Source: Octopus vulgaris (taxonomy: Eukaryota). Taken from it: a DNA stretch of 64,000 nucleotides. The notes under the pieces are model-generated. The model made no database searches. It had not been told where the DNA came from and saw only the letters and a program-made list of their open reading frames with translations. Positions 1 through 11,700 of the stretch are shown one piece after another. Every line of letters begins with the position of its first letter. The first letter of the stretch is position 1. The stretch is taken from assembly GCA_951406725.2 (NCBI GenBank), contig OX597839.1, positions 16,988,001-17,052,000 of the forward strand, read 5' to 3'. Position numbers and translations under genes: made by a program.

Positions 1-184
1 TATAAAAATACAGTAGGATGTTTTTTCTACACATTGAGTGGCTATGGAGGTCCAGCGGATAAAGTAGAGATGAAAAGGATCCATAGGCAAAAAATGGTTG
101 AGAACCACTGCTTTAAAGAATTACAACCTTCACAACATAAGAAAAAATTGCTTATGCTTCTACAATACTCAAAATATCCTTTCC

Positions 185-457
185 TTTTCTAGTCTAGGCA
201 CAAGGCCTGATATTTTGGGGGAGGGGGCCAGTCAATTAGATCGACCCCAGTATGCAACTGGTACTTAATTCATTGACCCAAAAAGGATGAAAAGCAAAGC
301 TGACCACAGGACAATTTGAACTCAGAACATAAAATGCCGGGAAAAATGCCGTTAAGCAAAGTTGACCTTGGCAGAATTTGAACACAGAATGTAAAGACAG
401 ATGTAATACCGTTAAGCAGTTCACCTTGTGTGCTAATGTTTCTGCCAGCTTGCTGCC
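185..457 (-). mobile_element. tRNA-derived SINE, family B (MetaSINE-like core), decayed copy
   Basis: Reverse complement of the GAGTTCAAATT...GCCTTTCATCCTTT...GGGGTC...TAAGTACCAG motif seen at 2579-2993; other copies near 5282-5480, 10302-10512, 11725-12040, 58345-58556 and 62238-62450. Confidence 0.75.
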
Positions 458-1344
458 TTACAATACCCAGAATATTATAACAGTTATTTTTATACAATTC
501 CTAATAATATTTAATTATAAAAATACAAGATCTTTTTTTAATTCAATGGCTTTAGTAAAATAACTTGTCGTTATACAGCTGGTATTTGGAGCATAAATTA
601 ACAAGAAATTTTGAAGAATGGTTTTAATTTAGATTACTTTAATTCCTATTGTTACCCTATTTCTGTTCCAATTAATTTTGAAAATAATGACATATTTAGT
701 AAAAATAACTTGTCATTATTCAGCTGGTGTTTGGAGCATAAATTAGAATCAAATTTTGACGGAAGGTTTTTAGATCACTTTAACACTTTGGACACAATAT
801 TTTTGTTGAATTACACTTCCTTTGTTTCAGTTAATTTTGAAAATAAAGAAGAATTTATCAATATAACCTACTTACCAATTCAGGTATTTATGTGGTCTTG
901 TAACCCAGTAGAGTAAAATAGGAGCCAAAGGGGTACATAAGCAAAATATGGTTGAGAACCACTGAACTAAACTAATGGGTCACTCAACCTCATGCTTTTT
1001 AAGTTCACAAAGTGTGTTTTTCATGATACTAACAATAGTAATAGAAGCTAACTATGAGTGTTGTGAGCATGAACAAGTCAGAATAGTTTTAGAGGCTTCA
1101 TGTTTGAAGGATTAAAACAGAAATTCTAAAATGAGATTAGTTGATGTGTGAGTTTTGATATTCCTGGCAGGGACCTCTTCTTTAAAGAAATGCCACATGC
1201 CAAAATATGAGAAATAACCTCTCTTCCTGGCAACATAAACATAATTATAGGGGGAGAATTCACGAAAAAAAAAACAAAAGACGAAGACAGATGGTGTAGA
1301 AAACAAACAGATGTATTAGTATAACACTTGGGAATTGAAAATGT

Positions 1345-1380
1345 CTTTTACATTTCGAGCCTACACTCTTCCACAGAAAG
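1345..1380 (-). ncRNA. Hammerhead-like motif with non-canonical core (CUGUGGA)
   Basis: Minus strand: CTTT-CTGTGGA-A-GAGT GTAG GCTC-GAAA-TG-TA-AAAG; lies in a ~190-bp dispersed repeat also present at ~5970-6140 and ~3040-3220. Confidence 0.5.
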
Positions 1381-2578
1381 GAGCACAGAAAGAAACAAGG
1401 AGAGAGAAAAATGTGTGTAGTGGCGAATGCCAGACTAATTATACCATTTTATATTTTTGAGATGAGGAAATTATATTATGTACACTGTGTATATTTGTTG
1501 GCCTTGTGTCCTCATCTTGGTTGTTGTTTTTACTACATTTTGACTGTTGTATGCTCCAGCCTTTTTCAGGTGTCTTGTGTTGAACTTGGTTGCTGTTTTG
1601 GAATTTTGAAACTATTATGGTAGATGGAGTGAATGAGGTGATGACAGGCAGTACTAAGGGAAAGCGAAAGTAAAGTCTACTGAACATAGTTGATCCAATG
1701 CAGCTATCCATATAAGGTTCTGAAATGGATTGGAGAGGTCAAATAATGAGAACGGTAGCTGGGGTCATGGGAAGTCAGTTACTTTAATACATTCTTCCCT
1801 ATTTCCAAATTTAATTGAAAGAAGTGAAGTATGGTTCAATGGAACTGTGGTAACAAATTAATTAATGTGATCTAAATTAAGACCTTACATCAAAAATTTC
1901 ATCTTAATTTATGTTTCTAACTTCAGCTTCATCACGACAAAATTAGTATACTGAATTCGTCATTATTTTCAAAATTAATTGAAACGAAGCCAATGTATTT
2001 CAACAGAAATATGGTAATAAAAGTGTTAAAAATATTTATAAATTTTTTAAGGGATTTATCTTAATCTCATCTAGTTGATCAATCTAGTCGTTTAGATTAG
2101 TAGTCTTTTATATTAATTATAAAAATCTTCATTATGATAAATGCTTTTAGCTAGTGTATGTGATATCAAGTCTGCTATTAACATTGGCCTGGGGCCTATT
2201 GTCAAAGAAATAATTAGATCTGACTAGTTTATGCTTATTCAACTTCAACTGGATATGATTTTATTTCCACAGCAAAACAGGTCTGCCAAACCATTTTTCA
2301 ATTCCAAATTGGAATTCATCATTATCATCCTTTAACGTCTACTTTTCTGTGCTTGCATGGATCAGACAAAGTTTATTTGAGGCAGATTTTCTACAGCTAC
2401 ATCCTCTTTTCATCACCAAGCCTCACCTGTTTCCAAGTAAGGTAACATTCCCTCATGGCAGGCCGTGCACTTGTAGAATATTGGAAATGACTGACACTGC
2501 TTGCATGACAGTCACTCCCCTTTACAATTAACACACAATGTCAGCAGAAGAAGACACTAACACAAACATATACATATA

Positions 2579-2993
2579 AGACGGCGAGCTGGCAGAAACG
2601 TTAGCACGCTGGGTGAAATGCTTAGTGGTATTTCGTCTGCCGTTATGTTCTGAGTTCAAATTCCGCCGAGGTCGACTTTGCCTTTCATCTTTTTGGGGTT
2701 GATTAAATAAGTACCAGTTACGCACTGGGGTCGATATAATCGACTTAATCCATTTGTCTGTCCTTGTTCGTCCCCTCTATGTTTAGTCCCTTGTGGGTAG
2801 TAAAGAAATAGGTATTTCGTTTGCTGCTGCATTCTGAGTTCAAATTCTGCCGAGGTCGACTTTGCTATTCATCCTTTCGGGGTTGATAAATTAAGTACCA
2901 GTATGCACTGAGGTCGATGTAATCAATTTAATCCATTTATCTGTCCTTGTTTGTCCCCTCTATGATTAGCCCCTTGAGGGCAATAAAGAAATA
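2579..2993 (+). mobile_element. tRNA-derived SINE, family B, with internal tandem duplication
   Basis: Head GGCGAGCTGGCAGAAACGTTAGC (A-box-like), GAGTTCAAATTCC (B box), core GTCGACTTTGCCTTTCATC...GATAAATTAAGTACCAG; the 3' part occurs twice (~2625-2810 and ~2812-2993). Confidence 0.85.
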
Positions 2994-3257
2994 ACAAACA
3001 TATACATATATACATACACAAACATACACATATATACATACATTCATCCATTGTTTTTTTTATTTGTTCTCCACTTTTTTCGTCTCTGGCCTTTTTGTCA
3101 AAGAACATTAGTTTGAAATGTCAAAGATTTATCCTGTGTTCCCGAGCATTAATCTAATACACTTGCTTGTTGTTCCCTCACCTGTCTTTGTCTTTTGTTT
3201 TCTGTAAATTTGAACTATATATATGTATGTGTGTGTACATATACATACATACATACA

Positions 3258-3315
<58 letters not shown>

Positions 3316-3319
<4 letters not shown>

Positions 3320-3569
3320 AGTATATTTGCCACCTAAATGTGGCTGACCCATATGGAAAGATGCTACTATTGTTTATAGCCCCAGGAAGACATCTCCTCC
3401 AGCTGGCTAATGACACAGTCTGTGTCTGATCAGTATTTCCCTTAGCAAATACTGATCAGACACAGACTGTGTCATTAGCCAGCTGGAGGAGATGTCTTCC
3501 TGGGGCTATAAACAATAGTAGCATCTTTCCATATGGGTCAGCCACATTTAGGTGGCAAATATACTTCAC
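3316..3569. repeat. Perfect fold-back (123-bp arms, 8-nt loop) embedded in (TA)n
   Basis: 3316-3438 is the exact reverse complement of 3447-3569; loop CCCTTAGC; TA runs on both sides. Confidence 0.95.
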
Positions 3570-3744
3570 AATATATATATATTGATATATATATATTATT
3601 ACACACACACAATAGGCTTCTTTCAGTTTCCACCTCCCAAATTCACATGCCAGCTCAACAAATGATATTGTGTTTGTGTGCCACGAGGAGAGAAGAGTTC
3701 TGACATTTCTGCAGAAATTCCTTTTATCTTTTGTCTTCTACCAT

Positions 3745-4252
3745 TCACGTGTTTCAGTCATTAGACTGTGGCAATGCTGGAGCACACTTTGAAGAATCCT
3801 TAATTGAATGAATCATCCATAGTACTTTATTTCTTTTCAAGTCAGGTACTTAATTCTGTCGATCTCTTTTGTAGAGCTGCTAAGTTACAGGGATGTAAAT
3901 ATGCCAACACCAGTTGTCAAGCAGTGATGGGAGATAAGCACAGACACAAAGACACATACAGATATATATATTTATATGTATGTATATATATATATATAGT
4001 TTTCTGGCTGCTATTTCTAATACTTTCGGTATGTGGTCTAGCAACTTGTTGCAAAGACCCTCATTGTTATAATTATATATATATATATATATATATACGA
4101 CAGGTGTCTTTCAGTTTCTGTCTACCAAATCCACTCACAAGGCTTTGGTCAGCCTGAGGCTATAGTAGAAGACATTTATGCCCAAGGTGCCACACAGTGG
4201 GACTGAATCCAGAACCTTGTAGTTTAGAAGTGAGCTTCTTACCACACAGCCA
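3745..4252 (-). mobile_element. tRNA-derived SINE, family A (internal TA/GT microsatellite)
   Basis: Reverse complement of the copy at 42813-43202 (TGGCTGTGTGGTAAG head, CCAAAGCCTTGTGAGTGGATTTGGTAGAC body, TGACTGAAAC tail). Confidence 0.8.
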
Positions 4253-5128
4253 TCTCTGAGTCTATTCTACTTCAAAGGAATACAAAATTTGTAACGTAAA
4301 CCAAATCTAGGTGCTGTGAACATGTGTAGGTTGGGATACTTGTAGAGGCTTCTTTGAAGAATCAGAAAAGAAATTGTCAAAATAGAATTAGTTGATATGT
4401 GGGTTTTGACATTAGTGGAAGGGCTTTTTCTTCAAAGAAATACCTCACCTCACCACCCAATACATCAGAAATAACCTCTTTTCCTGGCAACACAGACTCG
4501 ATATATTATATAAATTTGACAGATTTCTGTCAAGCCCATAATGTTTTATAGATAGCTTTTTGTGTCATTGTGGTTTAGCCCAAGGCCAATCCTCATCATG
4601 TGAACCTATCTTCAACTACTATAAACCCATGTGTCATTTTAGAAATATCACTTGGACTATATTGTCTGTTGTGTCCTTTCTTTATTTAAAATGATTTTGG
4701 TCAAGTGTGTTCTACAATATCCTTGGGCTGACCAAAGTCTTGTGAGTGGATTTGGTAGATGGAAACTGACAGAAGGCTGTCGTGTAAATACATATATATG
4801 TATTTAGGTAAAAACCCTCATAACATGCATTTCAGAGCTCCTGCGCTATCATTTGGCAAACAGATGTTATTCTACAGCAGAGTATTTTCTAGGGTTGGAT
4901 ACATGTGTGAAACTCCTCCATGCATAGGATTAATGCTATGGAAAATAGAAATCACAACATTTGTTTCTGCACCAGACACAAGCTTTAAGTTGCTGAGTTT
5001 ACATTCATTATTCTTTATAATTCCTGTATAATTAAATATTTTTCAGCATGAGTTATATATAAAAAAATTAACAAAAAGAGATAAAAATCCAAGGCTGTGA
5101 AAGATTTCAGAACATTTATAAATAGAAG

Positions 5129-5176
5129 GTCTTACAGCTGTTTCCAGGATATTTTATATATCCCTTCATCGGAAAC
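5129..5176 (-). ncRNA. Minimal type-I hammerhead ribozyme motif (U4C core variant)
   Basis: Minus strand: GTTT-CCGATGA-AG GGATAT ATAAA ATATCC TG-GAAA-CAGCTG (palindromic stem III)-TA-AGAC. Confidence 0.65.
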
Positions 5177-5488
5177 GATGTGAGAAAATGGTTAAGCAAT
5201 AGTTATTTTGGATAAATATGAAATAGAGAGTGAAGTGGAGGAATGAAAATAGATGTGAGATATGTAGGGATATTACATCTAATTTTGGCACAAGGCCAGC
5301 AGTTTCAGGGAGTGAGTAAGTTGATTATATCAATACCAGAATTCAACTGGTACTTATTTTATCGACCCCAAAAGGATGAAAAGCAAAGTTGATCCTGGTA
5401 GTATTTGAACTCATAATGTAAAATCAGACGAAATGCTGCTCAGCAATATTTTCCAGCATCGTAACGATTCTGTCAGCTTGTCTTATAA

Positions 5489-5967
5489 CAGTAATCACTC
5501 ACTATATAGTGCTTCACCTATCGTGTGTTCAGTACATCACGGATTTTTCTAGTTAATATACATAAATTTATATCGCGGGTTTCTGTGGCTGATAGGTATA
5601 TATATTTTTTTAGAATTTAATTATTTCAGTGGTAAAATAAGCATTTACACGCCTAAAAATTAATAAATTAATAAATAAAAATATAGTACAGTACTGCACT
5701 GTATAACACATTAATTAAAATATATTAAAAGAAAATAAATAGTGTACTGTAAATGAGTAAAGAAAGAATCGCACATACCATATGGAAAACGAAACTTGGG
5801 AGGTGAGTGTGAGGTGTTGCCTTGCATTTATAATAAAACAAATATATACAAATTATAAAAATAATTAAAAAAAATATACAGTACAGTACTGTTTCTACTT
5901 CACAGATTTTCACCTATCACTGAGGTGTGTGTGGTTTGGAATACCCGTGATAGTTGAGGGATTACTG
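5489..5967. mobile_element. Tigger/pogo-like MITE
   Basis: Terminal inverted repeats CAGTAATCACTCACTAT / ATAGTTGAGGGATTACTG followed by TA; internal CAGTACAGTACTG repeats. Confidence 0.6.
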
Positions 5968-6008
5968 TATATCCATGATAGATCGGTAGCCACTACACAC
6001 ATTTTCTT

Positions 6009-6046
6009 TCTCTCTGTAGAAGAGCGTAGGCTCGAAATGTAAAAGA
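6009..6046 (+). ncRNA. Hammerhead-like motif with non-canonical core (CUGUAGA)
   Basis: TCTCT-CTGTAGA-A-GAGC GTAG GCTC-GAAA-TG-TA-AAAGA; same repeat family as 1345-1380. Confidence 0.5.
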
Positions 6047-6133
6047 CTTTTTCAATTTCCGAGCGTTATACTAATACATCTGTTTGTTTTCTACACCACC
6101 TGTCTTTGTCTTTTGTTTTTTTTTGTGAATTCT

Positions 6134-6178
<45 letters not shown>

Positions 6179-6237
6179 TAGATAGATAGATAGATAGATA
6201 TATATAGTTAGATAAAGATAGTTATGGCCGGCCTATG

Positions 6238-6296
6238 GGACGACCCTGAGTTTCAGATCCATAAAGCACTTAACTTTATGGTATTTCTTCAGACCC
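6238..6296 (-). ncRNA. Type-I hammerhead ribozyme motif in the 3' region of a Penelope-like element
   Basis: Minus strand: GGGT-CTGAAGA-aataCCATAAAG ttaagtg CTTTATGGatct-GAAA-CTCAGGG-TC-GTCC; ~190 bp downstream of the GIY-YIG fragment on the same strand. Confidence 0.7.
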
Positions 6297-6479
6297 TAAA
6301 GGCTAGTGGCCTATAACCTCACTTCAAAGTGGAGAGAGAAAAGACCTTGTAGCTACTTGTTGAATGCATGGACAAAGGAGAAAGGTTAAGTGCAAGGGAT
6401 TGTCTCCCTTAGACAGCTATTCATAGTCATTGTGGTTGGCTCATGGATTTCAGGACTTCAGTAGAATCTCCTGAAGTGT

Positions 6480-6813
6480 AAGTAGGGTTGGAAGACTTCC
6501 ATTCTGGAATTTAAGATGTTCTCCAGTCAAAGGAGTTCTTTGATATTCTTGCCCATTCAGCTATGCACAGCTTGCAACATTTACTCCCATTGATGTTGGG
6601 GCCTGCTTCTTCTAGGATCTTCCATGAGATTATGTGTGGAATCTCTTCATCCTTCAGGTGCTACACATGACTGATCAAGGGCGTAGTGTATCATCTCTCT
6701 TGGATCCTGAATGAGGACGTGTGACTGGAAAGACACTGCTTAAAGGTGTTTCTGGAGCATCCGATGTATCTTTGTATATTGTTGCAGGTGATGCTGCATC
6801 TGTTGATGTTGAC
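6480..6813 (-). pseudogene. Penelope-like element GIY-YIG endonuclease fragment
   Basis: Manual minus-strand translation: CSITCNNIQRYIGCSRNTFKQCLSSHTSSFRIQER*YTTPLISHV*HLKDEEIPHIISWKILEEAGPNINGSKCCKLCIAE. It shows the YIG, FK..L..H..SF, WKILE and CxLC..E motifs of PLE endonucleases, with in-frame stops. Confidence 0.85.
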
Positions 6814-7462
6814 GCCATGACAAGAGCAGCCACTGCCATTGTGGTGCCAATAACAGCTCCAACAGCAATGATGATGGCTATTGTAGCACCATCGGCACCA
6901 GCACTGACGATGTGCCCTATGCCAGCATTAACAATGCTAACCCCAGCATCAATACCAACACTAACACCATCCCCGACTTCCTACGCAACCGCTTAGCCTG
7001 GATGTGCATTCTTCCATCCGTCGATGCTCTCGGTATCGGGGGTTGACCTGCTTTCACTTCTATGGGTCTTATAAATAGCAAAGGACCACGTTTTGGACTT
7101 CTCTCACTACAGACAAATGGGACAAAGACTGCTTCGCTCAACAAGCAAACAAACACCAACACCAATACCCAACACCAGCAGAAGTGGCAGCGCCTTGAGC
7201 AAAACACTTCATTCCACGTTGCTCTGCAACCACCTTGATAACTGACATGTGGTACACTGCGCACCTGCACAGACAATGTTGATTCATGGAGGGGGGGAGC
7301 TAATGTACAACCACAAATATTTGATCACTACAGACAAATCATCTGTACAGGTTGTTCAACAAGATGTTGTGGAACCCGTCATCTCTTGTCTACTACAAGA
7401 GAGTCCAACACACATATACATACTTGCATGTACTCACTTGCTCACATGAAATACACACACAC

Positions 7463-7529
<67 letters not shown>

Positions 7530-7591
7530 CAAATATATATATGTATGTATGTTTGTATGTATATATATATACATATAAATATATATATATG

Positions 7592-7645
<54 letters not shown>

Positions 7646-8561
7646 ATACATATTTTTGTAACATGTTATATTTTAATGCAAAATTGATTTGCTTAGCAGC
7701 ATAAGTAGCAAAATTTTTGGCACTTGTTTCAAGTCATTAAGTAAAATGGCAAAAAAAAAAAATAATAATAATTTGCAAAAAAAAAAAGCAATGCAAATAA
7801 AAAGTATAATGGGAAAGAAAATGAAAGAGGGGAAAAAAGTGGGGGAGATATAAAACTAATGATAGCAGCAACAAAAATATAATAAAGAAGAGCATTAACA
7901 GCAAGAAAAATGATTAGAAGTTCTAATGCAGGACTACAGCATTAGATTTTATTGAAATTTGTTTGTATATTTCTGACAATTCATCAGAATGGATTCGGTT
8001 TTTAACATCTCCATCTTGATATTTTGACAAGACAAATAAGTGTTTGCATGAAACCATTACAGAAAATTTTAGGTATCTTTCTTTTTACTGCTGCTACAAT
8101 TTTTGCTGCTGCTGCTGCTGTTGTTGTTGTTGCTGCTGCACGGCTTGTAAATTGGTTCGTCTATAACTTAATTTAAGAGTTGTAGTGATGAAATGACCCG
8201 GCGGAGGAAAGTTTTTTGGTGCTGGTCTCCAGATCGTGAGGTGGTCATAGGTTTGACTTCCAGACACTGAGTGAAGTATTGTGTCCAAAGAGCTGCTGAC
8301 GTCTGATGTGAAAGAGGGAATGATGGAAGTTTGATCCGATCTGCTGGAGTTGTTTCAAGCCTACGAAGAGATGTTGCTTCAATGTAACAAAAGGATTAAA
8401 TGTAGGCATATATTTGTGATCCAGAAACAAAGGCTCAGGCCATAGAATGGCTTCACACCCTTTCTCTTAATTCTTAAAAGCTTGTGGATGGGGCAGTACA
8501 GAATGTCATGGTAACGTTCTTTTTTTTTTCCTTTTTGTATCAAGGTAGTCATTCTCAAGAG

Positions 8562-8845
8562 CAATGAGTCTTAACCATTTTTACCTATGGTACCTATGAT
8601 TCATATTTTACTCTTCTGGACCTCCATAGCCATTTGGCATGTATGAAAAAAAACATCCATCTATATTTTGAAAATAAAATATTATTAAGAATTGTAAAAA
8701 GAAAATTAGAATATCTTGTGTATTGTGGAGGTATAAATAATTTATTGACAACAAAATCTTACGGGAACCCCCAAGGATCATATAGACCTCTAAATGTTAT
8801 ATGAACCTCTAAAGGTAATATGGACCCTGGTTGAGAACCACTTGT
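8562..8845. mobile_element. hAT-type MITE (CAGTGGTTCTCAACC-like TIR), decayed
   Basis: Ends in GGTTGAGAACCACT; related ends at ~97-110, ~950-964, 48044-48336 and 51119-51436. Confidence 0.55.
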
Positions 8846-9889
8846 TTAGAGTAATATTACTTCACAGGAGGGGCAGCTTAGATATCAGGGATTTTCTCCA
8901 ACTTAAGCCCCTACTCCTTTACATTGAGAGGTCACTGCTCCAATACTACAGACATATGATTAGATTATCAAAAGAAAGTGGAGGCACATAACTTAGTGGT
9001 TAGGGTGTTGGACTCATGATTGTAAGATTGTGGTTTCAATTCCTGGACTGGGCAACACATTGTTCTTGAGCACTTCTCTAGTCCACTCAGCTGGCAAAAG
9101 GGAACAATCCTGTGATGGACTGGCGTCCCATCCAGGTGGGGAATATATACACCAATGAAACGGAATTTGGCCCATATGAGTTGGTATGATTCGAGAAGGT
9201 AACCTTTATCCTTTTTTGAGAATCATAAGAAAGACTCGCAAGATGGATTCCTCAAGCCAAGCAACCAGCAGGAGACCTAGGCATAGAGCAAGAACAAGAT
9301 GGTTTGATAATATCCATTGACTCACATAGTTATACTTGGGAATCCCAGCAGGAAAGCGTAATGAAAATTGCTTCTTATAGGACCCTGTGGAGGTTTCTGC
9401 AGGCTCTAACCCCGTGACCCTCCTGGGAATAGCAAATGGAAAAGATGGATGGATGGCTGTACCATGAACAGTGAGCAGCACATTAAGTCACTCAAGAACT
9501 CAGAGGAGAGCCATTGAGAGAAGATCGAACAATAGTCTGAAAAGGAGACATATACACTTTGACAGTGGTTGATCACACATACCTCTGTAGCAATAAATAA
9601 ATAAATAAATAAAAAGGAAAGAAATCAGGAAGCCAGTCAGTGACACCCCTTGCATCATACAGCTCAGATCTGGCTGTATCTACCTTCCATCTGTTTGGTT
9701 CAATGAATAACAGTTTTTGTGGGAGAAAGATTTCATGAGACAAACGAAGTGAAAGTAGTTGCGAAGAAGAGGTGACAAATGTGCACACCTGAATTTTTTC
9801 AAGTGGATTCAGGAGTTGGATTCACTTATGGTGCAGGGAGAATGTTGAGTAATGTTTTGTGTAGAGAGGACCTATCCACCACAGGAGAA

Positions 9890-10300
9890 TTGATAGTGAT
9901 ACTGGTACCGTATAAAAAGTATTGGTGTTCATGCCCCATAAAAAGCACTGGTGCTGGTGCCACATAAAAAGCACTTGGTCTGACGACATATTAAAAGTAC
10001 TGGTGTTGGTGCCACATAAAAGGTAATCATGCTGGTGCCACATAAAAGGCACTCATGCTGGTGCCACATAAAAGGCACTCATGCTGGTGCCATGTTAAAA
10101 GCACTGGTGCTGGTGTCACATAAAATGCACCCAATAGACTTTGTAAAGTGGCTGAATTAGGAAGGGCATCCAACTGTAGAAACTATGCCAAAGCAGACAA
10201 TGGAACCTGGTGTAGCCTCTAGCCTTACCAGCTCTGGTCAAACCATCCAATCCATGTCAGCATGAAAACTGGATGTTAAATGATGATGGTGATGATGATG
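9890..10300 (+). mobile_element. SINE-like family C with ~25-bp internal tandem repeats and (GAT)n tail
   Basis: TGCTGGTGCCACATAAAAGGCAC tandem units, then TTAGGAAGGGCATCCA.CTGTAGAAAC...CCATG..AGCATG.AAA.TGGATGTTAAATGATGATG; other copies near 10787-10955, 16700-16886(-), 26714-27180(-), 43255-43545, 44262-44485 and 60540-60730(-). Confidence 0.75.
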
Positions 10301-11080
10301 AAGGTGGAAAACTGGCTGAGTCATTAGCATGCCAGGCAAAATGCTTAACTGCATTTTGTCTGTCTTTACATTCTGAGTTCAAATTCTGCCGAGGTTGACT
10401 TTGCCTTTCATCCTTTTGGGGTCGATAAATTAAGAATCTGTTGAGTACTGGGGTTGATGTAATTGATTTACTGTTTCCCTTAAAATTGCTGGCCTTGTGC
10501 CAAAATTTGAAATCAGTATTTTGTATAGCAGAAGAGTTACTGTACCAAAATATGCCATTTGAGAAATCCATGACATTTAATAAAAAGAAAACTTTGGATA
10601 CTTTTGGATCACTTTTGGCACAAAACTCCATATTTATTATGTTTATGTATCTGTTTTGCAAGATTCTTCATGTGAAAACATGTGTTGAAACAGATATTGT
10701 TATCCTTGGGGATGGTCATATTTTGTCAGTTAAACACACACACTGTTTATTTGATCTTCACTTCAGTTTCATTAGTATCACTTTCAGCCACCCGCTACAC
10801 TCTTGGAGTGGTTGGCATTAGGAAGGGCATCCAGCTGTTGAAACCATGCCAAATCAGATTAGAACCTGGTGCAGCTCCCCGGCTTACCAGTTTTCAGTCA
10901 AACTATCCAACCCATGCCAGCATGGAAAGCAGACGTTAAATGATGATGATGATGATTGTTTGTCAAAATTCTTTCATCAAACATTTGTGAGGGAGCTCCT
11001 TTCTAAGAGATAAATAGTACTAAATGGCATAGAAGTACTAAATGGGATAGGTGATAGAAGAGGAGACACGTGGGACAGAG

Positions 11081-11126
11081 AGTCACTGATGAGGTCACAG
11101 ATTTGTGTGATGAAAGGACTGTGACT
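11081..11126 (+). ncRNA. Hammerhead ribozyme motif, probably inactivated at the cleavage site
   Basis: AGTCA-CTGATGA-G-GTCACA GATTTG TGTGAT-GAAA-GGAC-TG-TGACT; perfect 5-bp stem I, but G at the H position; flanked by an inverted repeat (~10690-10780 vs ~11130-11235). Confidence 0.6.
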
Positions 11127-11329
11127 GACATATAGACTAAAACTAATACAAATAAAGCCTAAGGTGAAAATTGAATAAACAGTGCATGTATTTGATTGAC
11201 AAAACGTGACCATCTTCAAGTATAACAACTCTGTATGTATGAATGTATGTTTGTATGTAGGTATCTTTTATCTGCTTCAGTCAGTGGACTGTGGCATAGT
11301 TATAATAAGGCTTCTTCCAATATTTTTTT

Positions 11330-11700
11330 TTACTTACTTCAGTCATTTGACTGTGGCCATGCTGGAGCACTGCTTTTAGTTGAGCAAATCGACCCCACAA
11401 CTTATTCTTTGGAAGCCTAGTCTTATTCTATTGGTCACTTTTTGCTGAACTGCTAAGTTACAGGATGTAAACACAGTAGCATTGGTTGTCAAGCGATGTT
11501 GTGGGGGGACAAACAAACACACAAACATATACATACACATACATATATATATTTATACATATATACAACGGGATTCTTTCAGTTTCCGTCTACCAAATCC
11601 ACTCACAAGGCTTTGGTCGGCCTGAGGCTATAGTAGAAGACACTTGCCCAAGGTGCCATGCAGTGGGACTGAACCTGGAACCATGCGGTTGGTAAGCAAG
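11330..11700 (-). mobile_element. SINE family A
   Basis: High similarity to 42813-43202, reverse orientation. Confidence 0.85.

Noticed and set aside
6721-6996. 91-aa Ala/Thr/Pro-rich ORF
   Set aside because: It overlaps the antisense Penelope fragment and a degenerate trinucleotide tract; no recognisable domain.
7960-7995. CTGATGA...GAAA on the minus strand
   Set aside because: No pairing for stem I or stem II; likely a chance match.
9900-10130. CRISPR-like short regular repeats
   Set aside because: The units are contiguous with no unique spacers and belong to a eukaryotic SINE-like repeat.
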